From positions 23,045 to 87,044 of IMG/VR virus record IMGVR_UViG_3300043464_001162: a DNA stretch of 64,000 nucleotides; one strand, 5' to 3'. A program made the translations under genes and the position numbers. The notes below the pieces were generated by a model. That model was not told where the DNA came from. It searched no databases and saw only the letters and a list, made by a program, of their open reading frames with translations. This document shows, piece by piece, positions 57,354 to 64,000 of this stretch (the first letter of the stretch is position 1; each line of letters begins with the position of its first letter). Source of the DNA: a virus. Taxonomy: Duplodnaviria > Caudoviricetes.

Positions 57354-58547
57354 ATGGCAAGTTTAATAAGATTAAAACAAATAGAAAGTGGTTCTTCGTT
57401 ACAAGATGCAGCCGATATCGGACAAGATTTTAGTTCGTCTGTATTTGAAATTATAGATGGAGCAGGTTTGTTTTCATCATCTGCACAAGTCAATTTAGTT
57501 TCGGCATCTAATTATGATGGATTTGTTGTTCAATTGGATATGACAATGAGTAGTGATTTGGAAGCATCAATAATAAGTTCGTCAATTTCACAATCAGTTG
57601 CATTATTATCTCAAACATATGTTACAACTGCATCATTGGATACATTAAGTTCTTCATTGGCAGTAACAGATAGTCAAAGTTTATATTTGATTGGATTATT
57701 AAGTTCATCCGTTCAGGCAACTACTGGAGACTTTAGTTCATCTGTTGCATCTCAATTTAGTAGTTCTTACGCAACGATTTACTCAATCAGTTCTTCAATG
57801 AATACAACTATAAATGATTTAAGTTCTTCAGTTGCAACTTCTTTGAGTGCGTCAGAAGCTGGCCAATTGGAATTAAGTGGAGCAATTGCAACCACAATAA
57901 CAAACTTAAGTTCATCATTTGATACAACTATTGACAATCTAAGTTCTTCTATATTCACATCATTAAGTGCATCGGAAGCTGGACAAACTGCATTAAGTGG
58001 AGCAATTTCGACAACTATTGACAATCTAAGTTCTTCTATATTCACATCATTAAGTGCATCGGAAGCTGGACAAACTGCATTAAGTGGAGCAATTTCGACA
58101 ACTATAACAAACTTAAGTTCTTCAGTTGCAACTTCATTGAGTGCATCGGAAGCAAATATAATTTCAATCAGTTCTTCTATCAATACATCAATTAGTAGTA
58201 GTGATGCAAGATTTGCAGGATTTAGTAGTTCAATTGATACCACGATATTGAATAAGATAAATGCAGTTGGTGTAATTAGTTCTTCTGCACAATTAACAGG
58301 TGCAACATTGAAGGGTATTACGATAGCACCGGTGGATTCCGATTCTTACTCATTAATTATAAGTGGTGCATTGGCAGTAGTAAACGCAACTGGATTACAA
58401 GATGGCACGTTTGGAGATACGGATTCGACAGTTCCAGCTCAAATTTACTTAGATGGAAATCCAACAACAGCATCGGTTCCACCACCGCCAGACCCATCAA
58501 CAAATAATCAACCTAATTCAAATCAGATAGATATGGGTGAATTTTAA
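57354..58547 (+). CDS. Ser-rich coiled-coil fibre protein
   Basis: LSSS/LSAS periodic repeats; ends IDMGEF; ATATTTATA at 57341-57349. Confidence 0.65.
   Translation: MASLIRLKQIESGSSLQDAADIGQDFSSSVFEIIDGAGLFSSSAQVNLVSASNYDGFVVQLDMTMSSDLEASIISSSISQSVALLSQTYVTTASLDTLSSSLAVTDSQSLYLIGLLSSSVQATTGDFSSSVASQFSSSYATIYSISSSMNTTINDLSSSVATSLSASEAGQLELSGAIATTITNLSSSFDTTIDNLSSSIFTSLSASEAGQTALSGAISTTIDNLSSSIFTSLSASEAGQTALSGAISTTITNLSSSVATSLSASEANIISISSSINTSISSSDARFAGFSSSIDTTILNKINAVGVISSSAQLTGATLKGITIAPVDSDSYSLIISGALAVVNATGLQDGTFGDTDSTVPAQIYLDGNPTTASVPPPPDPSTNNQPNSNQIDMGEF
57924..58105 (+). repeat. Exact 87-nt tandem duplication (TTIDNLSSSIFTSLSASEAGQTALSGAIS x2)
   Basis: 57924-58010 identical to 58011-58097. 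Confidence 0.9.
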
Positions 58548-58598
58548 TATAATTGAAAAAAAAACTAAAATAAAAAATAGGATTTCATAATAAAAATC

Positions 58599-58606
58599 AT
58601 ATTTAT
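58599..58606 (+). promoter_or_regulatory. Putative late promoter motif ATATTTAT
   Basis: Recurrent intergenic motif. Confidence 0.5.
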
Positions 58607-58643
58607 TACCGAATAACCTTAATTAAGAGAATAACAATACAAT

Positions 58644-61600
58644 ATGGCACAAATCATTAGACACAGACGTGGTAGTTTAGAAGCCCTTTCGGCAGCAACC
58701 TCATCGTTTCAAAAAGGTGAATTAATAATCGTATCAGGTTCGTCAAACATTACAGCAACCAATGGTTCTGGTATGGTGTTTGCAGCCGTAGAAAGTGGTT
58801 CGATACAAGCAGTAAATAGATTTATGATTGGTGATAACGCACCAAACACATTTGCTTCAAGTACATACAACGGATTAGTTAAAGGTGTTCCTTACTACGC
58901 GAGTGGTAGTTCAACTTTATATTTACTTGGTTCTGACGGAAATGATATTCCAGATTTAACAGGTAACATTAGTAACTTCAGTGCATCAGTAGTAACATCA
59001 TTCTCAGCAAGTAATGCAAGTATAACTTCATTATCTGCTTCAGTTGCTTCGGTAACTGGTGATTTTAGTTCTTCAGTTGCAACTTCATTCTCTGCAAGTA
59101 ATGCAAGTATAGTTGCTTTATCTGCTTCAGTTGCTTCGGTAACGGGAGATTTTAGTTCTTCAGTTGCAACTTCATTTAGTGCAAGTGAGGCTAGTTTAAC
59201 TGCATTATCTGCATCGGTTGCATCAGTAACAGGAGATTTTAGTTCTTCAGTTGCTCAAACATTTACAACTCAAAGTCAAAGAATTTCTTCGTTAGAATCA
59301 TTTAGTGGTTCTCAATTGACTCAAAATAGTGATTTAGCAACTATTACCGGTTCATTGATTAGTTCAGCATCAGCTGCTAAGACAACAAATGACTCACAAG
59401 ATGTTTCTATAACAAACTTAAATTCATTTAGTGCAAGTACAATAACTTCACTTACGGAATTAAATTCATATTCATCTTCATTAAAACAAGCATTTACTGC
59501 AAGTGGTACAAGTGTAACATTTAGTGGTGATGTAACTATTCCTGGTAACTTTACAGTTAGAGGTACTCAAACTATTGTAGATTCTACAACTGTTCAATTG
59601 GGTGATAATATTATCGAATTAAATGGTTCATCGGTAGCAAATGGTGGATTATATGTAAAAGATGCAACCGCACCAAATACTGAAACTGGTTCAATAATTT
59701 GGGATTCTACAAATGACTACTGGAAGGCGGGAGTTAAAGATTCTGAATCTAAAGTTCTTTTAGCCGGTGGAGATAGTGTAGTTAGTGGTTCATCACAAAT
59801 TACTATTTCTAATACAACCGGATTTACTGATTATAGTGGTTCGGTTTCTGCATCATTAGCAGAAATAACTGCAAATGTTGGTAGTGGTGTAGGAGTTTCA
59901 ATAACAAATTTAAACTCATTTAGTTCTTCTACATTAGGTAGATTATCTAATATAGAATCATTCAGTTCTTCGGCTGATACAAGATTTACTGAAATTGGAG
60001 TTGTTAGTGGAAGTTTAATTACTTCAGCATCGGCAGCAAAAACAACAAATGACACACAAGATGGTAGATTAACAAACTTAGAAGCAACTTCTGCAAGTGT
60101 TAATACATCGGTTTCAAATTTAAATTCAACAACTGCAAGTTTAAACACTTCGGTATCTGCTTTAAATAGTTCATCTGAATCACAACAAATTAGTATAGAT
60201 GCATTAAACACATTTAGTGGTTCTACATTGGGTAGATTAACAAACTTAGAATCAACTTCTGCAAGTGTTAATACGTCAGTTTCTAATTTAAATACATTTA
60301 GTGGTTCATCTTTAATTAGATTTACAAACTTAGAATCTACATCAGCGAGTGTAAATGATTCAATTGCGGCTTTAAATTCTTATACATCTTCTAATACTTC
60401 TACAACCGCATTAAATGCACATACTGCATCTGCAAACGAAAGATTTACTGAAATAGGTGTAGTAAGTGGTTCATTGATTAGTTCAGCATCAGCTGCTAAG
60501 ATAACAAATGACTCACAAGATGTTTCAATAAGTAATTTAAACACATTTAGTGGTTCTCAGTTAACTCAAAATTCAACTTTAGCAACTTATACAGGTTCGG
60601 TTGAAACAAGATTAACAGAAATTGGAGTTGTAAGTGGAAGTTTAATTTCTTCAGCATCAGCTGCTAAGATAACAAATGACTCACAAGATGTTTCAATAAC
60701 AAACATAAATTCATTTACACAATCATTCTCTCAATCAGTTGCAACTGACTTCAGTGCAAGTGATGCTAGATTAGATGTAATTGAAGCTTCTTTAGGTGGT
60801 GGTGGTTCATTGGGTAGTAGAGTACTTGCATTAGAAACATCTTCTGCAAACTTAAATACTTTCTCTGCAAGTGTATTAACACAATTAACTGAAATAGGAG
60901 TTGTAAGTGGTTCATTGATTAGTTCAGCATCAGCTGCTAAAACTACAAATGACTCACAAGATGTTTCAATAAGTAATTTAAATACATTTAGTGGTTCATC
61001 TTTAACTAGATTATCAAATTTAGAATCTACCTCAGCAAGTTTAAATACTTCAGTAAGTAATTTAAATTCTACAACTGCAAGTTTAAATACATCGGTAAGT
61101 AATTTAAATTCTACAACTGCAAGTTTAAATACTTCCGTTGCAGAATTAAACTCTTATTCATCTTCATTAAAATCTGCATTTGAATTTACAGGTTCTAATG
61201 TAGTAGTATTAGGTGATTTAACTGTTAAAGGTACAACTACCGCAGTAGAATCTACAACTATCCAATTAGGTGATAACATCATCGAATTAAATGGTACAGG
61301 TGTAGCAAATGGTGGATTATTAGTTAAAGACCCAACTGCACCAAATACGGTAAGTGGTTCTTTACTTTGGGATTCTACAAACGACTATTGGAAGGCAGGA
61401 GCATTAGGAGCTGAAAGTAAATTATTAAGACAAGATGGTGATTCAGTAGTAAGTGGTTCATCACAAATTACAATTTCATCAACAACTGGATTTGACACAT
61501 TTAGTGGCTCGATATCAACTGACTTTAGTGCAAGTAATGCAAGTATCACTTCATTATCTGCAAGTGTTGCAAGTGTAACCGGAGACTTTAGTTCATCAGT

Positions 61601-61970
61601 AGCAACTTCATTCTCTGCAAGTAACGCAAGTATCACTGCATTATCTGCAAGTGTTGCAAGTGTAACCGGAGACTTTAGTTCATCGGTAGCAACTTCATTC
61701 TCTGCAAGTGCAGCATCTCAATTATCATTGAGTTCTTCATTCGCAACTTCACAAGGAGTACAAGATGGTAGATTAGATTTATTAGAAACATCAACTGGAA
61801 GTTTAAATTTATTTACTTCTTCGATTGATACTACTATTAAAACTAAATTAGACGCTGAAACGGTTGTAAGTGGTTCATCACAAATAGACATAACTGCAAC
61901 TACCGGATTTACTACATTTAGTTCATCAATTGAAACAAGAATTTCATTAATAGACGGAGGAACGTATTAA
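58644..61970 (+). CDS. Long Ser/Thr-rich fibre with coiled-coil repeats and a duplicated beta domain
   Basis: IIRHRRG...KGEL N-terminus; G..TV.GT....ST..QLGDNIIELNG...WDSTNDYWKAG domain twice; ends IDGGTY. Confidence 0.75.
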   Translation: MAQIIRHRRGSLEALSAATSSFQKGELIIVSGSSNITATNGSGMVFAAVESGSIQAVNRFMIGDNAPNTFASSTYNGLVKGVPYYASGSSTLYLLGSDGNDIPDLTGNISNFSASVVTSFSASNASITSLSASVASVTGDFSSSVATSFSASNASIVALSASVASVTGDFSSSVATSFSASEASLTALSASVASVTGDFSSSVAQTFTTQSQRISSLESFSGSQLTQNSDLATITGSLISSASAAKTTNDSQDVSITNLNSFSASTITSLTELNSYSSSLKQAFTASGTSVTFSGDVTIPGNFTVRGTQTIVDSTTVQLGDNIIELNGSSVANGGLYVKDATAPNTETGSIIWDSTNDYWKAGVKDSESKVLLAGGDSVVSGSSQITISNTTGFTDYSGSVSASLAEITANVGSGVGVSITNLNSFSSSTLGRLSNIESFSSSADTRFTEIGVVSGSLITSASAAKTTNDTQDGRLTNLEATSASVNTSVSNLNSTTASLNTSVSALNSSSESQQISIDALNTFSGSTLGRLTNLESTSASVNTSVSNLNTFSGSSLIRFTNLESTSASVNDSIAALNSYTSSNTSTTALNAHTASANERFTEIGVVSGSLISSASAAKITNDSQDVSISNLNTFSGSQLTQNSTLATYTGSVETRLTEIGVVSGSLISSASAAKITNDSQDVSITNINSFTQSFSQSVATDFSASDARLDVIEASLGGGGSLGSRVLALETSSANLNTFSASVLTQLTEIGVVSGSLISSASAAKTTNDSQDVSISNLNTFSGSSLTRLSNLESTSASLNTSVSNLNSTTASLNTSVSNLNSTTASLNTSVAELNSYSSSLKSAFEFTGSNVVVLGDLTVKGTTTAVESTTIQLGDNIIELNGTGVANGGLLVKDPTAPNTVSGSLLWDSTNDYWKAGALGAESKLLRQDGDSVVSGSSQITISSTTGFDTFSGSISTDFSASNASITSLSASVASVTGDFSSSVATSFSASNASITALSASVASVTGDFSSSVATSFSASAASQLSLSSSFATSQGVQDGRLDLLETSTGSLNLFTSSIDTTIKTKLDAETVVSGSSQIDITATTGFTTFSSSIETRISLIDGGTY
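58998..59256 (+). repeat. 87-nt (29-aa) coding tandem repeat x3
   Basis: SFSASNASITSLSASVASVTGDFSSSVAT units. Confidence 0.8.
61529..61709 (+). repeat. 87-nt (29-aa) coding tandem repeat x2
   Basis: Near-identical copies of the same 29-aa unit. Confidence 0.8.
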
Positions 61971-61999
61971 TAATAAACAGAAAGAATAAATAAAAATAT

Positions 62000-62560
62000 A
62001 TGGCAACAAATAATCCAACTTCATCAATTTTACTGAAACGTTCAGGTGTCGCAGGTTCAGTACCTACAACCACATCGTTACAGGTAGGTGAAATAGCTTT
62101 AAATACCTATGATGGTAAAGCGTTTTTACATAAGTCAGGTTCAACCGATGAGGTAGTAGAAATCGTAGTTGCCGGAGCAACGGTAACCGGTTCAATTAGT
62201 CTTACCGGAGCAGTTAGTGCATCAATAGTATCAGCATCTACTTTCATAGGTAATGGTGCTCAATTGACCGGTGTAACCGCATCAATGAGACCTGATGATT
62301 TTGATTTCAACTCTGACCCATTTGCTGGAACAATAGGATATATTCAAGGTAGTGGTTCTCTTTACAAAGTAGCAACTACTGAAAATGCAATTGACTTTAG
62401 ATATAACGATGTAACAATTGCAACTATCACAACTGCACAAGGATTTAGTGGTTCTCTTTACGGAATCGGTGATGTATTGGAATTTAGTGGTTCAGTAGCA
62501 AATAGACTATTCAATTTGGAAATATCAGCATCATTTGGTCCAGATGCAGGTCAATTTTAA
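62000..62560 (+). CDS. Short fibre/adaptor protein
   Basis: ILLKRSGVAG.VP...L.VGEIALNTYDGK N-terminal domain; FIGNGAQLTG; ends DAGQF. Confidence 0.7.
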   Translation: MATNNPTSSILLKRSGVAGSVPTTTSLQVGEIALNTYDGKAFLHKSGSTDEVVEIVVAGATVTGSISLTGAVSASIVSASTFIGNGAQLTGVTASMRPDDFDFNSDPFAGTIGYIQGSGSLYKVATTENAIDFRYNDVTIATITTAQGFSGSLYGIGDVLEFSGSVANRLFNLEISASFGPDAGQF

Positions 62561-62579
62561 TATTACAAAAGATTATAAT

Positions 62580-62610
62580 AAAACCCTCACCTTAAAAAGT
62601 GGGGGTTTTT
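62580..62610 (+). terminator. Intrinsic terminator
   Basis: AAACCCTCAC-CTTAAAAA-GTGGGGGTTT-TT. Confidence 0.75.
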
Positions 62611-62621
62611 CATTTTATAAT

Positions 62622-62629
62622 ATATTTAT
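62622..62629 (+). promoter_or_regulatory. Putative late promoter motif ATATTTAT
   Basis: Follows a terminator and precedes a fibre gene. Confidence 0.5.
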
Positions 62630-62681
62630 GTTCGTAGTATATACTACATTTGTTGTTAAATAACTTTAAAGACTTAGCCAT

Positions 62682-64000
62682 ATGGCATCAATTGTTCAAC
62701 TGAAACGCTCTGCGTTATCGGGAAAGGTACCTGATACGGGTTCACTTAATTTAGGAGAATTAGCTGTAAATACTTACGATGGTAAGATTTACTTTAAAAA
62801 ATCGGGTTCAATTGAATCGGTTGAAAGTGTATTAACAACAAATTCGGTAGTAACGGGTTCTATTAGATTAGAGGGAACTGCCTCTTTTGGTTCTCTACAA
62901 GTAAACGACACACTTACCGTCAATCATGGTATTAGTGTGATAAGTGGTTCATTGGGAATTACATCCGACCTAACAGTATTGGGTACGGTCAATGCAAGAC
63001 AATTTAATATTGCAATAATTTCTTCATCTGTCCTTTTTGAAAGTGGTTCATCCAATTTTGGTAATAGTTTAGATGACACTCATACGTTCACAGGTTCGGT
63101 AAATATTACCGGTTCATTTTTATTAAACGGACAAGAAGTAGGTGGTGGTACAACTACCGGTTCATTTACTGGTTCATTTACCGGTGATGGTAGTGGATTA
63201 AGAGGAGTAGTAAGTGATGATATACCGAGAGATGGTTGGGATTACAATGCAAATAGTTCGGCATCTATAAGTGATTTTAATAGTGTATCGGATAAATATT
63301 ATATAGATTTTGAACAATCACAATCAACTGCAGTAGGAACACCGGTTGGTTTTAAAGGATTTATGACAAATGTATCGGGTAGTACACAAATATTACCTAC
63401 ATTGAATAGTATTGATTTTGTAGTTGGAAATAATGTTGTTGCATCAATTGGAATAAATGGTATAGAATCCGTACCACCTGCAGGAACTGTAAGTGGTTCA
63501 TCACAATTGACATCTTCATACGATACAAGATATGTTTTAAGTGGAAGTATTACTCAAACAACTTGGGATAACATTGCAAGTAAACCTTCTGGAATAGTAA
63601 GTAGTTCTTCACAATTAACATCATCAGTATTAGCCACAACGGGTTCTAATCTATTTGTAGGAACTCAAACTTATAGTGGTTCAATTATACCTGCAACGGA
63701 TAATACATACGATTTAGGGTCTCCTACATACCAATGGAGAGATATATATGTTTCATCTGGTTCACTTTATATAGATGGAACAAAAGTTTTAAGTTCTACA
63801 AATCAAGAATTACAAATCACAACCGATGAAGGTCAATCTATTAAGATTTTAGAAGCAGGAAGTGATAGTATTATTTTACAATCTGCAGACGGAGATATTC
63901 AATTAAAAACATCGGGAGGTGGTAATTTATTATTCGACCCAACAACTGGATTAATTGATGTTAGAGGAACATTACAAATACAAGATGGAAATAAAGTAAC
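62682..64000 (+). CDS. Fibre protein (3'-truncated by window edge)
   Basis: MASIVQLKRSALSGKVPDTGSLNLGELAVNTYDGK..., FGNSLDDTHTFTGS, YDLGSPTYQWRDIY; frame appears open to the end. Confidence 0.75.
   Translation, partial: MASIVQLKRSALSGKVPDTGSLNLGELAVNTYDGKIYFKKSGSIESVESVLTTNSVVTGSIRLEGTASFGSLQVNDTLTVNHGISVISGSLGITSDLTVLGTVNARQFNIAIISSSVLFESGSSNFGNSLDDTHTFTGSVNITGSFLLNGQEVGGGTTTGSFTGSFTGDGSGLRGVVSDDIPRDGWDYNANSSASISDFNSVSDKYYIDFEQSQSTAVGTPVGFKGFMTNVSGSTQILPTLNSIDFVVGNNVVASIGINGIESVPPAGTVSGSSQLTSSYDTRYVLSGSITQTTWDNIASKPSGIVSSSSQLTSSVLATTGSNLFVGTQTYSGSIIPATDNTYDLGSPTYQWRDIYVSSGSLYIDGTKVLSSTNQELQITTDEGQSIKILEAGSDSIILQSADGDIQLKTSGGGNLLFDPTTGLIDVRGTLQIQDGNKV

Noticed and set aside
587-61636. Numerous minus-strand ORFs of 60-157 aa in the ORF track (other than 8256..8441)
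   Set aside because: They lie antisense to well-supported plus-strand genes, show no recognisable motifs and look like shadow frames
57924-61709. Tandem repeats as a CRISPR array or DGR template/variable repeat pair
   Set aside because: Units are in-frame multiples of 3 without unique spacers; no cas or reverse transcriptase gene; differences are not adenine-specific
1-64000. Stop-codon reassignment, seen in some large Bacteroidota phages
   Set aside because: Hallmark genes are full length in the standard code, coding density is high, and TAG terminates several genes at sensible positions
1-64000. tRNA or rRNA genes
   Set aside because: Intergenic gaps are short and I found no cloverleaf or T-loop signature by eye; tRNAscan-SE would confirm

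Overview
A 64-kb, gene-dense, very AT-rich segment of a large T4-like tailed phage, with almost all genes on the + strand. A Bacteroidota (probably Flavobacteriia-type) host is inferred from a Bacteroidota-like ribosomal protein bS21 gene, TTTG-N20-TATATT promoters, and A-rich starts with almost no Shine-Dalgarno sequences. Layout: baseplate/tail proteins (1-3.4 kb); T7-endonuclease-I-like resolvase, primase and a fused SbcD-SbcC nuclease-ATPase (3.7-8.3 kb); a small ribbon-helix-helix regulator; a tail fibre with an S74 chaperone domain; a ~25-kb island of apparently soluble modification enzymes (2OG-Fe(II) oxygenases, GT2/GT4/GT7/GT10-like glycosyltransferases, NDP-sugar epimerases, RmlC, a split TPP enzyme, radical SAM, SGNH-like and HAD proteins); then terminase, portal, head-internal proteins, prohead protease, bS21 (missed by the ORF track), scaffold, major capsid, neck proteins and Ser/Thr-rich fibres. 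The main hypothesis is a phage-encoded virion glycosylation/hydroxylation system acting on a pervasive [S/T]-x-S motif in outer virion proteins and on a 15-Pro tract. Other leads are a bS21/Shine-Dalgarno translational switch for the scaffold-capsid operon, RHH operator-like repeats shared between two late promoters, a ligase-like/HxGH nucleotidyltransferase fusion, and a modular head polyprotein. All family calls come from motif recognition by eye; no searches were run.
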